From Candidatus Latescibacterota bacterium (GTDB lineage Bacteria; Latescibacterota; UBA2968), in contig OZ220741.1 of assembly GCA_965116885.1 (NCBI GenBank), forward strand, positions 2,850,551 through 2,914,550: a stretch of DNA of 64,000 bases, in the 5' to 3' direction. Within the stretch, counting starts at the first letter, position 1. Every line of letters begins with the position of its first letter. The notes under the pieces are model-generated. The model was not told where the DNA came from. It searched no databases and saw nothing but the letters and a program-made list of their open reading frames with translations. Below, piece after piece: positions 1-10,406 of the stretch. Both the position numbers and the translations under genes were made by a program.

Positions 1-136
1 ACCGCGCACCCTGTTCCCGAAGTTTTTCATCGGGGTGATGATGGTGAAATTCTTCCCAATCTGCGATGCGCTGTGCGGGGTCTCTATCGGCCGGAAGTTC
101 TCGATGAAATTCCATGAATCCGGTCGGTTTTCCCAT
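1..136 (-). CDS. gltD: Glutamate synthase small subunit, 5' part (runs off window start)
   Basis: Manual translation from ATG at 136 gives MGKPTGFMEFHRELPADRDPAQRIADWEEFH, a typical GltD N-terminus. It follows the gltB stop and has a GGAG RBS. Confidence 0.92.
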   Translation of the reverse strand, partial: MGKPTGFMEFHRELPADRDPAQRIADWEEFHHHHPDEKLREQGAR

Positions 137-150
137 AAATACTCCTTTTT

Positions 151-3100
151 TCAGGCTTCAACTTCCACGCCGCGGCGGAATGCTTCGAGCCATGCATCTT
201 CGCCTTTCAAACCCTCTTGTTGCGCGGTTTCATAAGCAGAGAGAATGCGCTTGTAGGGCTTGGGGAAGACTTTGACGAATTTGGGCAACATGTCATCCCA
301 ATGGACGAGGATGTGTTGCGCCACGCTGCTCTCGGTGTAGTCGGCGTGTTTGGTAATCATACTTTTGAGTTCTTCAATGTCTTCGTCATTTTGGACGGGT
401 TCGAGATCGACGAGTTCGGGATTGCAGCGTATGTGGAAATCGCCGTCTTCGTCGAGCACATAAGCAATGCCGCCGGACATGCCAGCGGCAAAGTTGCGCC
501 CGGTTTTGCCCAAAATGACAGCCATCCCACCCGTCATATACTCGCAAGCGTGGTCGCCAACGCCTTCGACGACTGCGCTAACGCCCGAGTTGCGCACGCA
601 GAAGCGTTCGCCTGCCTGACCGCGGATGAAGGCTTGCCCATTGGTTGCACCGTAGAAAGATACGTTGCCGATGATGATGTTGTCTTCGGCTTTGAAGGTG
701 GATCCCTCGCGCGGATAGACAATCAGTTTGCTGCCGCACAGTCCCTTGCCAAAGTAGTCATTGGCGTCGCCTTCGAGGCGGAAGGTGATGCCCGGCGGCG
801 TAAAGGCGGCAAAAGATTGTCCGGCCGATCCCTCAAAGGTGATGTCAATGGTGTCTTCGGGCAGGCCATCGGGGCCGAACCTGCGGGTAATTTCGCTGCC
901 GAGGATGGTGCCGACCACGCGGTTGGTATTTTTGATGTCGAATTGCGCGCGCACTTTGCTGCCGTCTTTGAGGGCGGGTTCGCAAAGGTCGAGCAGGATC
1001 TGGTTGTCCACTGCGTTTTCGAGGCCGTGATCCTGGTCGATCTGGCAATAACGGCCAATGTCGGGATCGGCGTCTGGTTTTTCGAGAATGGGGGACAGGT
1101 CCAGGTATTTCGCCTTCCAGTGATCGGTTTTTGCCTGGTGGAGCAGGTCGGTGCGACCGATGAGTTCATCGATGGTGCGCACGCCGAGTTGCGCCATTAT
1201 TTCGCGCATGTCCTGTGCGATAAAACGCAGGAAATTGACGACCTGATCGGGGTCACCCATAAATTTTTTGCGCAGTTCGGGATGCTGCGTGGCCACACCT
1301 ACAGGACAGGTGTCGAGGTGGCAAACGCGCATCATGATGCAGCCCATGGCGACGAGTGCTGTGGTGGCAAATCCAAATTCTTCGGCACCGAGCAGGGCTG
1401 CAATAATCACATCGCGTCCGGTTTTGAGTTGTCCGTCGGTTTCGACTACGATGCGCGATCTCAGATTGTTGAGTACCAGGGTTTGGTGGGTTTCGGCAAC
1501 GCCGAATTCCCAGGGCAGGCCAGCGTGTTTGATGCTGGTTTGCGGCGATGCGCCGGTGCCGCCGTCAAGGCCTGAGATGAGTACCACATCGCCGTGGCCT
1601 TTGGATACGCCGGCTGCGACGATGCCTACATTGATTTCTGCGACGAGTTTGACGTTAATTCTGGCATGGTGGTTGGCATTTTTGAGATCGTGAATGAGTT
1701 GCGCCAGATCTTCGATGGAGTAAATATCGTGATGCGGCGGTGGTGAGATGAGTTCTACGCCCGGTGTGGAGTGTCGAACCGTGGCAATCCACGGATACAC
1801 CTTTTTGCCAGGCAATTCACCGCCTTCGCCCGGCTTGGCACCCTGCGCCATTTTGATCTGTAATTCTTTGGCATTGACCAGATAATTGCTGGTGACGCCA
1901 AAGCGTCCAGAAGCCACTTGTTTGATGGCGCTGTTTTTGGAATCGCCATTGGGTTCGAGGGTATAACGCGCCGGGTCTTCGCCGCCTTCGCCGGTGTTGC
2001 TTTTGCCTCCCAGACGATTCATCGCAATGGCGAGTGCTTCGTGCGCTTCTTTGGATATCGATCCATAGGACATGGCGCCAGACTTAAAGCGCCTGGTGAT
2101 TGCTTCGACGGGTTCAACTTCGTCAATGGGAATGGGTTCACTGGCGTAGTTGAAGTCCAGGAGGCCGCGCAGGGTTGCCAGGTTTTTGTCCTGTTGATCA
2201 ATGAGGGTGGCATATTCTTTATACACGTCGTAATCGTTGATGCGCGTGGCGTGCTGGAGCTTGTGAATCGTAAGGGGGTTAAAGAGGTGATATTCCCCGC
2301 CTTGTCGCCACTGGAAATGCCCGCCGACGTCGAGGGTGCTGCCATTGACTGAAATTTCGGGATATGCATCGCGATGTCGCATCAGGGCTTCTCGAGCAAT
2401 GACATCGAGGCCAATGCCGTCTATGCGGGAGTCTGTCCAGGTAAAATATTGATCAATAATGTTTTTTGAAATGCCAACGGCTTCAAAAATTTGAGCACCT
2501 CGATAAGACTTGATGGTGGAGATGCCCATTTTGGCCATGACTTTGACCACGCCTTTGGTCGCGGATTTGACATATCCTTTGACCGCATCGCGGTAGGAGA
2601 TATCGGTCAGTTGCTTTTCGGCGATCATGTCGGCCAGGCTTTCATAAGCCATATAGGGATTAATCGCCTGAGCGCCATAGCCGATGAGCAAGCAGAAGTG
2701 ATGCACTTCTCTGGGTTCACCTGTTTCGAGGGCAATCCCGACTTTGGTGCGCGTACCTTCTCGGATGAGGTGGTGATGGAGACCGCTCATGGCCAGGAGC
2801 GCGGGAATGGGGGCGTGGTCTTTATCGACACCGCGGTCTGAAAGAATGAGTATGGTATAACCGTCTTCAATGGCGTTGTCAGCTTCTGCACACAATTTAT
2901 GCATGGCTTTTTCGAGGCCGGCTTCACCATCGGCCACATTGAAGAGCATGGGAATGGTGGTGGCTTTGAGCCCCGGGCGGTCAACGCCGCGCAATTGCTC
3001 GAGTTCTTCATTGGTCAAAACGGGCGTGTCGAGATGAATTTGCCTGCAACTTTCGGGTTCGGGAATAAGCAGATTGCGCTCTGGACCAATGGTGGCGTCA

Positions 3101-4725
3101 GCCGAGGTGATGACTTCTTCTTTGAGGGGATCGAGAGGCGGATTGGTCACCTGTGCAAAGAGTTGTTTGAAGTAGTTGTAGAGCAGGTGTGGTTTGTTGG
3201 ACAATACCGCCAATGGTGCGTCGTTGCCCATTGATCCGACGGGATCGCGCCCAATTTTGGACATGGGACCAACAAAAATTTTGAGGTCTTCAAACGTGTA
3301 GCCAAAAGCCTGTTGTCGCATGAGCACTTCGGCGTGATTTGTAGGGGGTGCAATGGGTGCGACTGCGGGCAGGTCTTTGAGTGAAATGAGGTGGTCGTCG
3401 AGCCATTGCTGGTAGGGATGCTCGGAGGCCATTGACTGTTTGACTTCGTCATCGGAAATGATACGGCCCTTTTCGGTATCGACGAGAAGGATGCGACCGG
3501 GTTGCAATCGACCTTTGTAAGCGATGCGCTCGGGTTCTAATTCGCAGACACCTGCCTCGGAACTGAGGATGAGCAGGTCGTCTTTGGTGACGTAATAACG
3601 CGAAGGACGCAAGCCATTGCGGTCGAGGCAGGCACCCACGATTTCGCCATCGGTAAAGCCAATAGAGGCCGGACCGTCCCAGGGTTCCATGAGGCAGGAA
3701 TGGTATTCGTAGAAGGCGCGCCTTTCGGGGGACATGCTCTCGTGGTTTTCCCAGGGTTCGGGAATCATCATGACGGCTGCGTGCGCCATTGAGCGGCCAG
3801 ATAGAGACAGAAATTCAAAGCAGTTGTCAAAGATCGCGGAATCCGAACCGTCTTCGTAGAGGATAGGGACTATTTTTTGTACGTCATCACCCCAGAGCGC
3901 TGAAGCCAGCATAGCCTGTCGGGTTTTCATCCAGTTTTGATTACCGCGCAGGGTGTTGATTTCGCCGTTGTGGATGAGGTAGCGATAGGGGTGCGACCTT
4001 TCCCAGGAGGGAAAGGTGTTGGTGGAAAACCGGGAATGCACGAGGACAATCGCGGCTTCCATGCGGTGATCTTGCAGGTCGGGGTAAAATTCGGGCACCT
4101 GCATGGGCGTGAGCATGCCTTTGTACACAATGGTGCGCGACGACAAGCTGGGGATATAAAAATTTTCGTCGTGCCCGGCATAGCGGATCGTATTGGTGGC
4201 GCGTTTGCGAATGACGTAGAGTTTGCGTTCAAATGCCATGGCGTCGGACAAGTCGGCACTGCGACCAATGAAAATTTGCCACACAACGGGTTCGCAAGAC
4301 CTGGAAGTGAGACCCAGATAGAAGTTGTCGGTGGGCACTTTGCGCCAGCCGAGGACTTCCTGTCCTTCTTCCTGGACAATATCCTCGATGATTTGACGCG
4401 TTTTTTGACGGATGGACCGGTCCTGGTCATCGGTCATGAAAATCATGCCGACTCCGTATTGACCGGGATCTGGTATATCAATGCCCACTCCCTTGCAGGC
4501 GTGTTCAAAGAAACGATGTGGAATTTGCATCAAAATGCCAGCGCCATCACCCGTGTTGTCTTCGGCACCGCGCGCACCCCGGTGGTCGAGACAGACAAGA
4601 GATTCGAGGGCCATTTTGACGATCTGGTTGGATTTTTCGCCTTTGATATTCACGACAAATCCAATGCCACAGGCGTCGCGTTCGTATTTGGGATTGTAGA
4701 GGCCGTGCTTGCGAGGATATGCCAT
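151..4725 (-). CDS. gltB: Glutamate synthase large subunit
   Basis: 1524 aa; ERDACGIG N-terminal Cys, [42 protein letters not shown] 3Fe-4S motif, GXGXG domain. Confidence 0.98.
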   Translation of the reverse strand: MAYPRKHGLYNPKYERDACGIGFVVNIKGEKSNQIVKMALESLVCLDHRGARGAEDNTGDGAGILMQIPHRFFEHACKGVGIDIPDPGQYGVGMIFMTDDQDRSIRQKTRQIIEDIVQEEGQEVLGWRKVPTDNFYLGLTSRSCEPVVWQIFIGRSADLSDAMAFERKLYVIRKRATNTIRYAGHDENFYIPSLSSRTIVYKGMLTPMQVPEFYPDLQDHRMEAAIVLVHSRFSTNTFPSWERSHPYRYLIHNGEINTLRGNQNWMKTRQAMLASALWGDDVQKIVPILYEDGSDSAIFDNCFEFLSLSGRSMAHAAVMMIPEPWENHESMSPERRAFYEYHSCLMEPWDGPASIGFTDGEIVGACLDRNGLRPSRYYVTKDDLLILSSEAGVCELEPERIAYKGRLQPGRILLVDTEKGRIISDDEVKQSMASEHPYQQWLDDHLISLKDLPAVAPIAPPTNHAEVLMRQQAFGYTFEDLKIFVGPMSKIGRDPVGSMGNDAPLAVLSNKPHLLYNYFKQLFAQVTNPPLDPLKEEVITSADATIGPERNLLIPEPESCRQIHLDTPVLTNEELEQLRGVDRPGLKATTIPMLFNVADGEAGLEKAMHKLCAEADNAIEDGYTILILSDRGVDKDHAPIPALLAMSGLHHHLIREGTRTKVGIALETGEPREVHHFCLLIGYGAQAINPYMAYESLADMIAEKQLTDISYRDAVKGYVKSATKGVVKVMAKMGISTIKSYRGAQIFEAVGISKNIIDQYFTWTDSRIDGIGLDVIAREALMRHRDAYPEISVNGSTLDVGGHFQWRQGGEYHLFNPLTIHKLQHATRINDYDVYKEYATLIDQQDKNLATLRGLLDFNYASEPIPIDEVEPVEAITRRFKSGAMSYGSISKEAHEALAIAMNRLGGKSNTGEGGEDPARYTLEPNGDSKNSAIKQVASGRFGVTSNYLVNAKELQIKMAQGAKPGEGGELPGKKVYPWIATVRHSTPGVELISPPPHHDIYSIEDLAQLIHDLKNANHHARINVKLVAEINVGIVAAGVSKGHGDVVLISGLDGGTGASPQTSIKHAGLPWEFGVAETHQTLVLNNLRSRIVVETDGQLKTGRDVIIAALLGAEEFGFATTALVAMGCIMMRVCHLDTCPVGVATQHPELRKKFMGDPDQVVNFLRFIAQDMREIMAQLGVRTIDELIGRTDLLHQAKTDHWKAKYLDLSPILEKPDADPDIGRYCQIDQDHGLENAVDNQILLDLCEPALKDGSKVRAQFDIKNTNRVVGTILGSEITRRFGPDGLPEDTIDITFEGSAGQSFAAFTPPGITFRLEGDANDYFGKGLCGSKLIVYPREGSTFKAEDNIIIGNVSFYGATNGQAFIRGQAGERFCVRNSGVSAVVEGVGDHACEYMTGGMAVILGKTGRNFAAGMSGGIAYVLDEDGDFHIRCNPELVDLEPVQNDEDIEELKSMITKHADYTESSVAQHILVHWDDMLPKFVKVFPKPYKRILSAYETAQQEGLKGEDAWLEAFRRGVEVEA

Positions 4726-4753
4726 AAAAAATGTTCCTTAATCACATGGCGCG

Positions 4754-4787
4754 AAAATGCCAGAACCGCGATCCGGCTCTGGCATTT
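4754..4787 (-). terminator. Hairpin / probable intrinsic terminator between ferredoxin and gltB
   Basis: On the minus strand aaatgccagagccg...cggttctggcatttt forms an inverted repeat with a short T tail. Confidence 0.5.
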
Positions 4788-4811
4788 GAAAACCGGTTGT
4801 TTTGTTAGACG

Positions 4812-5075
4812 CTATTCAAAGGCGACTGCATTGATTTCGATGTACTCCAACCATTCGTCCGGCGTGTCTTCTTCGGCGAAGATCGCTTCAACTGGACATT
4901 CGGGTTCACAGGCTCCGCAGTCGATGCACTCTTCGGGGTGAATATAGAGCATATTGAGACGTTCATCTTCCGGCAAATCGGTTGCGTCGGGTTCGTAGAT
5001 GCAGTCCACCGGACAAACTTCCACACAGGACCTGTCCATAACATCAATGCATGGCTCGGCGATAATATAGGCCAT
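4812..5075 (-). CDS. 7Fe (3Fe-4S/4Fe-4S) FdxA-type ferredoxin
   Basis: [26 protein letters not shown]...[12 protein letters not shown]. Confidence 0.93.
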   Translation of the reverse strand: MAYIIAEPCIDVMDRSCVEVCPVDCIYEPDATDLPEDERLNMLYIHPEECIDCGACEPECPVEAIFAEEDTPDEWLEYIEINAVAFE

Positions 5076-5212
5076 TTTTATTTTCCCTTTCCTTTGCTAT
5101 TGTTCCGACTCATCCGGCGTCGGCTTTGCCAAATATACTTATTTGGTTGGCTTTGTCAAGTATTGTAAGTTAAAATTATGATAGCAGGTACACAAAAGAA
5201 GATATTTTACTT

Positions 5213-5776
5213 TTAGGATAGATTCTCGATGAGTGTTGCAACGGACCAATCGCCCTCTGCGCGAATGTCCAGGGTGAATCGTTGTCCGGTATCTTTTCTG
5301 CGTTCGGCAATCACCTCTGAACCGTTGTAAAGCTGGTGCAAAAACGCCTGGAGATCGTCCTTTATGGCGTTGTGCGTGCTTTCGGTGTTGGGGGCATTGA
5401 GGCGATCGTTGAGGATGAGCCTGAGTTCATTCCCTCGAAAAGCGACCGCTTCTTCTGCTTCAAGACGCTGGCAGATTGTGCAGGCCGCGCGAACCGCTGA
5501 GGATAATTGCTGCACAAAATTACCTCCGTTGGGTTGCTTGCGGTTGTAGAGCAGGCCGCGTTTTGCGTCCGAGTCGTCAATGCTGAGGTCGTATTCGTGA
5601 CCGATTAGCAGGGTCACAGGACCATTGGGTACGTGACTGTAATCGGCTACATCGAGTAGCACATCGGACCCATTGTGTGCTGAAATCCAGTTGTTGAAGG
5701 TTTTGAACCATGTTCCAGGCGCGATATTGTGCCCCTGGTCGAGATAAAATTTGACACTGATTTTATGGGTTGGCAT
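5213..5776 (-). CDS. Hypothetical protein immediately downstream of the nitrite/sulfite reductase
   Basis: 187 aa ORF 9 bp after the reductase stop, with AAGG RBS; protein-like sequence (DVADYSHV...GHE...GLLYNRK). Confidence 0.8.
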   Translation of the reverse strand: MPTHKISVKFYLDQGHNIAPGTWFKTFNNWISAHNGSDVLLDVADYSHVPNGPVTLLIGHEYDLSIDDSDAKRGLLYNRKQPNGGNFVQQLSSAVRAACTICQRLEAEEAVAFRGNELRLILNDRLNAPNTESTHNAIKDDLQAFLHQLYNGSEVIAERRKDTGQRFTLDIRAEGDWSVATLIENLS

Positions 5777-5785
5777 AATTACCTT

Positions 5786-8014
5786 TCACACCACATTCAT
5801 TTGACCATAACAGGCATAGGCTTCTTCGATGAAGAGTTGGGCTTCTTCGACGACCTGGTGGGCAATGTCGCGGGTGTATTCGGCGACTTCCTCTTCGTGA
5901 ACGCGGAAGAGATAATTGGCAAATTTTGCGCCGGCAAACTGATTGTAGAACAACTCGGTATCGCAAAAGCGCGTGCGAAATTCTTCGACGATGACATCGG
6001 CCTCTTCTGGTACGTCGAGAAACTGCGTTTTGACCAGTGCTTTGGCGGCGTGCAACATGGCGCCGAAAGCCGTTTTGTACGCAGCTTCGTAGTCGCCTTC
6101 CTCCAGGTAAATCTGCGATTCAAAGGATTCGGTTTCGCAGCCGGACAGTTCAAATTGCACCAGTGAAACCACTTCGCCAGCGCATTCGCCTTTGCCCATA
6201 TCGCCGAGTGTAAATTCCCGCGTGTCGCCCCAGTCTGTATAGTAGGAGGGATCTATTTCGTGCATGGGAACCTGCGTGAGGCCCTGAAGGAGGTCTTTGA
6301 CGTCTTTTTTCCCGATGCGCTGAATATAGGCCTGGAAGCTTTCGTCTTTTTCGCGGTTTTCAACATAATTACCGGTGATGCGTTCGATGACGTCCGGAAT
6401 ATTTTTTGAGGGAATAGCGCCCATGGCCAGGCCGTAAGAGGCCGCATTTTCGGTCCATTGTCCGCCGAGAACGACCTGGAAGTGCGGCACGGTATAGCCA
6501 TTGATTTTTCGGCTGTTGCCGTAAAAACCGAGATCGGCTACGTGGTGTTGCCCGCAGGAGTTAAAACATCCGCTAATTTTGATGCGGAAGTTTTTGATGG
6601 CGTCGTCGAGTTGGAGGTTCTGTTGCGCCAATTGCGTGCGCAATTCCGCAGCGAGACCGCGCGATGAGGAAATGCCCAATTTGCAGGTGTCGGTGCCCGG
6701 GCAGGCGGTGACATCCACGATGGTGCCAGCCCCGGGTTCTGCTAATTCCAGTTCACAGAGATCATTGTAGAGGGAAACGACATCGGATTCGCTGACCCAT
6801 CGAAGGATGATGTTTTGCTCGACGGTGGCGCGAATGGTGTCTTTGACGTATTTGCGCGCGATATCGGCCAGATTTCGCATCTGGTCGGATGTGATATCTC
6901 CCAGAGGCAGACATATTGTTGCGACCACATAGCCTTCTTGCCGCTGTTTGTAGATGTTGGTTTCTGCCCAGGCGTCAAATTCTTTGGGGCGCGCAACCCC
7001 ATTGAGGGGAGCAGCGATTTTAAGGGGTTCTTCTACGTAGCTGTCCAGGTTGTCGAGATAGGCTGTCCACGCGGGGTCTTCGGGCATGATTTTGCGTTCT
7101 TCTTCGACCAGGCGAATAAATTCTTCGATGCCGAGCTTGGCGACGAGGAATTTGATGCGTGCACGGGCGCGATTTGTTTTTTCGCCCAGGCGGGCAAACA
7201 CGCGGCATATTGCCTGCGCTGTGGGCAAGAGTTCTTCGGGAGGCAGAAATTCCGAGTAGAGTTTGGCCTGGTGGGGCACGGCTCCCAAGCCACCGCCGAC
7301 GTAGGTTTCGAACCCGCGTTTGCCGTCTTTGATGCGCGCGATCATGCCCATGTCGTGCATGCTGGTCAAACCGCAGGCTTCCTGGGCGCATCCGGAAAAG
7401 GCGATTTTGAATTTGCGACCAAAGTCCTGACAGTCGGGGTGTCCGAGAAGGAATTGGGCAAGGGCATGGGAATACGGCGTGACATCGAATGTTTCGGTGT
7501 GACACACGCCCGAAAGCGGACAGGCGGTGACATTGCGGATGGAGTTTCCGCAGGCTTCTCGGGTGGTAATGCCCACGGCGGCGAGGCGGCGCATGAGGTC
7601 GGGTGTGTCTTCGATGTGTATGTAGTGGATTTGAACATCCTGGCGCGTGGTGATGTGCAAAATGCCGTCAGAATATTCTTCGGCTATGTCGGCCAACACA
7701 TCCATTTGGTCGGTGGTAAGACCGCCATAAGGGATTTTGATGCGCTGCATACCCGGCGCATCCCAGACCGTGTCTGGTCCTTTGAGGAGGTCGTCGCTGG
7801 GATAGTTGAGTGGTTTGGTTACCTGGCCGTCAAAGCGCTGTCCATTGTCGTAGCGCTGGCCGTAAACACCGCGGCGAAGACGGGTTTCTGCAAAGACGCG
7901 GTCGTCAATTTGTCCCTGTTTTTTTTGTTCGATCTGCGCTTCAAACGTATCGATTTCAGCACCTATATCTTCCGGGATCAAATCGCTTAATTCTTCTTTC
8001 CAATTTGTGGCCAT
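5786..8014 (-). CDS. Ferredoxin-type nitrite/sulfite reductase (siroheme, 4Fe-4S) with C-terminal HEPN-like extension
   Basis: RGVYGQR, TTRQDVQ, RKFKIAFSGC, TACPGTDTCKLG, ISGCFNSCGQH; C-terminal helical segment AYKTAFGAMLHAAKAL. Confidence 0.92.
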   Translation of the reverse strand: MATNWKEELSDLIPEDIGAEIDTFEAQIEQKKQGQIDDRVFAETRLRRGVYGQRYDNGQRFDGQVTKPLNYPSDDLLKGPDTVWDAPGMQRIKIPYGGLTTDQMDVLADIAEEYSDGILHITTRQDVQIHYIHIEDTPDLMRRLAAVGITTREACGNSIRNVTACPLSGVCHTETFDVTPYSHALAQFLLGHPDCQDFGRKFKIAFSGCAQEACGLTSMHDMGMIARIKDGKRGFETYVGGGLGAVPHQAKLYSEFLPPEELLPTAQAICRVFARLGEKTNRARARIKFLVAKLGIEEFIRLVEEERKIMPEDPAWTAYLDNLDSYVEEPLKIAAPLNGVARPKEFDAWAETNIYKQRQEGYVVATICLPLGDITSDQMRNLADIARKYVKDTIRATVEQNIILRWVSESDVVSLYNDLCELELAEPGAGTIVDVTACPGTDTCKLGISSSRGLAAELRTQLAQQNLQLDDAIKNFRIKISGCFNSCGQHHVADLGFYGNSRKINGYTVPHFQVVLGGQWTENAASYGLAMGAIPSKNIPDVIERITGNYVENREKDESFQAYIQRIGKKDVKDLLQGLTQVPMHEIDPSYYTDWGDTREFTLGDMGKGECAGEVVSLVQFELSGCETESFESQIYLEEGDYEAAYKTAFGAMLHAAKALVKTQFLDVPEEADVIVEEFRTRFCDTELFYNQFAGAKFANYLFRVHEEEVAEYTRDIAHQVVEEAQLFIEEAYACYGQMNVV

Positions 8015-8071
8015 GATGTATCACCTGTAGTGGGAGATTTTTGGTTGAGCACGATCAAAAAGTAAGTTTGA

Positions 8072-8099
8072 AACTTAGTGTATTATGGGGATTTGTCAA
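8072..8099 (-). promoter_or_regulatory. Putative sigma70 promoter of the reductase operon
   Basis: Minus strand TTGACA, about 16 bp spacer, TAAGTT, upstream of the start at 8014. Confidence 0.4.
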
Positions 8100-8100
8100 G

Positions 8101-8201
8101 GGTAAAAGGAGAGAAGTAAGAAGTGAGAGTGAGAAGTCCACCCAACACCACCCCAGGGCGAGGACTTCATCACACTTCACACTTCCTCCTTCACACTTCC
8201 T
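8101..8201. repeat. Imperfect palindromic element built from heptamer repeats
   Basis: Left arm GTAAGAA/GTGAGA(A) units, right arm TTCACAC units, inner inverted repeat gaagtcc...ggacttc; directly after the moaA stop. Confidence 0.6.
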
Positions 8202-9212
8202 TTATCCCCCAATTTGATACATTTCGATTTTGCGAGTTGCAGGGGTGTGTTCAGAGCGGATTTCGGAGTAGCGATCCATCCTGTGGCGCCATATCTGGAT
8301 GATCTGGTCGCGGAGGTCGGTGTTGGACGCGCCTTGTCGCAGGGCATCGCGCAGGTCTGTTCCTTCTGAGGCGAAGAGACAGGTGTAGAGTTTGCCGTCG
8401 GTGGATAAGCGGGCGCGCGTGCAGTCACCGCAAAAGGGCTGCGTAACAGAGGCGATAATGCCGATTTCACCGCCTCCGTCGAGATAGCGATAGCGTTTTG
8501 CGACTTCGCCTGTGTAGTTGGGATTGAGGGGCTCGAGGGGTAAGACGGTGTGAATGCGGTCGATAATTTCTGCGGCGGGCACGACCTGATCCATATTCCA
8601 GTTGTTGCGATTGCCCACGTCCATAAACTCGATGAATCGCAGGATGTGTCCCGTGTTGTGGAAGTGTTGGGCGAGATCGATAACGAGGTGATCGTTGATG
8701 CCTTTTTGAACGACTGCGTTGATTTTTATGGCCTGAAAGCCCGCCTTTTCAGCAGCGCGGATGCCTTCTAGTACGCGCTCGGTGCCATAGGTGCGACCGC
8801 TCATGAGATTAAAGGTCTGGTCGTCAATTGCGTCGAGGCTCACGGTGAGGCGATGCAGGCCGGCGTTTTTGAGGCTCTGTGCTTTGGTGTCGAGGAGATA
8901 GCCATTGGTGGTGAGGGTGAGGTCTTGTACGCCGTTGATCTGCGACAATTTGGCGATGAGGGTTTCGAGGTCTCGGCGCAGGAGGGGTTCACCGCCAGTG
9001 ACCCGGATCTTGGTGACGCCGAGATCGACAAAAATTCTGGCGAGGCGAGTGATTTCTTCAAAGGTGAGGATTTCTGCTTTGGGAAGAAATTCATATTTCT
9101 CGCCAAAAATCTCGGCGGGCATGCAATAGGGGCAGCGGAAGTTGCATTTGTCGGTGACCGAAATACGCAGGTCGCGGATAGGGCGTTGCAATGTGTCGAG
9201 GAGATCGGACAT
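8202..9212 (-). CDS. moaA: GTP 3',8-cyclase (molybdenum cofactor biosynthesis)
   Basis: LRISVTDKCNFRCPYCM radical SAM motif, TGGEPLLR, FCGDCTRARL...YTCLF, C-terminal IGG. Confidence 0.97.
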   Translation of the reverse strand: MSDLLDTLQRPIRDLRISVTDKCNFRCPYCMPAEIFGEKYEFLPKAEILTFEEITRLARIFVDLGVTKIRVTGGEPLLRRDLETLIAKLSQINGVQDLTLTTNGYLLDTKAQSLKNAGLHRLTVSLDAIDDQTFNLMSGRTYGTERVLEGIRAAEKAGFQAIKINAVVQKGINDHLVIDLAQHFHNTGHILRFIEFMDVGNRNNWNMDQVVPAAEIIDRIHTVLPLEPLNPNYTGEVAKRYRYLDGGGEIGIIASVTQPFCGDCTRARLSTDGKLYTCLFASEGTDLRDALRQGASNTDLRDQIIQIWRHRMDRYSEIRSEHTPATRKIEMYQIGG

Positions 9213-9215
9213 GGG

Positions 9216-9240
9216 AATTAAAAATTAAAAATTAAAAATT
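9216..9240. repeat. Heptamer tandem repeat (AATTAAA) x about 3.5
   Basis: aattaaa aattaaa aattaaa aatt directly upstream of the moaA ATG. Confidence 0.8.
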
Positions 9241-9273
9241 GATCATGATTCGGCAAGGGCTAAAAATAGTCGC

Positions 9274-10290
9274 TTAGAATTTTAAGATTGTCCACACGGG
9301 CACGTGATCCGAAGCAAAGTCGCCGCGTGTGGTATAGACGATTTCGTCACCGGAAAAGCGGATGCGCGAGCGGGTTCCCTTCACGGCTTCGGCGTGGGTA
9401 AAAATGCCCGATGATTGGACGTGATTCTTCAGGTTTTGGGATACGAGAATTTGGTCGAAAAGAATCGCTTTGACTTTGACGTCTCGCACAAAATTGTGGG
9501 GTCTGTCCCGCCATTTGTTATTTTCTGCGCGCGCACCCGGAACCATAGGGTCAAAGGTATCGCTTTCGATTTTGTCGTAGAGATAGTTGTATCCATACGA
9601 GCAATAGTTCGAATCCAACAAGGCTTCGGACGTGTTGTAGAGAAATGCATCGGGCCTGTGGTCAATTCCGGCAAGTGCGTCGGGATTGCCGGATTCGAGA
9701 ATGTTGAGCGAGCGGTCGTCGGGGTTATCGTTGAAGTCGCCGAGCAATACGATGTGGTCGTATTTCACGCGGCTGGTGAGATAACGCATGGTCATAGTCG
9801 CGCTGGCTTCTCGGCGCAGGCTGGTTTTGGCGCGTCCGCCCGATCGCGATTTGGCGTGATGAACCAGAATTATCAAGCGGCGGCCATATCCTTCGACATA
9901 AGCCTGGAGGAGATCGCGCTTTCGGGGAAATGCTTGGTCGTGTACTTTTTCAGGAAAGACCATTTTGAGGTCGGTAATTTCATAAGGTTCGCGCACTGCT
10001 ATGGCGAGTTCCTGGCGTTCTTCGGGATCATCGAGCATGCCAATGGTATAGTTGTTGGGCAAAATGCGTTCGAGTGCGGATTTTGATTGGATTTCCTGAA
10101 ACCCGATGATGTCCGCATCGAGTTCGCGCACAACTGTTTGCAGGCGTTCTTGACGCGCAGCGGAAATGCCATCGTCGAGCCAATAGATGTTGTAAGTCGC
10201 AACCTTGATCTCGGCGGGCTGTGGGCCACACGCAAAAAATAGAAGCAGTATTAGGGAGGCGAGATATGTCCTCCTTACGCGTTTTTGCAT
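9274..10290 (-). CDS. Endonuclease/exonuclease/phosphatase family lipoprotein
   Basis: ATYNI, GFQEI, LGDFND, FDQILVS, SDHVPV; lipobox LLFFAC. Start placed at MQKRVRR (10290) because a terminator lies upstream. Confidence 0.88.
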   Translation of the reverse strand: MQKRVRRTYLASLILLLFFACGPQPAEIKVATYNIYWLDDGISAARQERLQTVVRELDADIIGFQEIQSKSALERILPNNYTIGMLDDPEERQELAIAVREPYEITDLKMVFPEKVHDQAFPRKRDLLQAYVEGYGRRLIILVHHAKSRSGGRAKTSLRREASATMTMRYLTSRVKYDHIVLLGDFNDNPDDRSLNILESGNPDALAGIDHRPDAFLYNTSEALLDSNYCSYGYNYLYDKIESDTFDPMVPGARAENNKWRDRPHNFVRDVKVKAILFDQILVSQNLKNHVQSSGIFTHAEAVKGTRSRIRFSGDEIVYTTRGDFASDHVPVWTILKF

Positions 10291-10348
10291 GCAAATCTCC
10301 AGATAGAGTACGGGTAGGGCTATCTGCCCAATAATATACACGATTGCG

Positions 10349-10387
10349 AAAAAAATAAAAGGGCGGCGGTTTATACCGTCGCCCTTT
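10349..10387 (-). terminator. Rho-independent terminator after smc
   Basis: Minus strand aaagggcgacggt-ataa-accgccgccctttt followed by a long T run. Confidence 0.8.
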
Positions 10388-10406
10388 GTGTTGTCTGAGG
10401 TTGGGA

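Noticed and set aside
217-7990. Long plus-strand ORFs (217-1575, 3937-4941, 6815-7990) and similar shadow ORFs elsewhere
   Set aside because: Antisense to well-supported genes, with no motifs; expected from codon bias.
9213-9273. Moco riboswitch upstream of moaA
   Set aside because: Only about 60 bp, mostly an AT heptamer repeat; too short.
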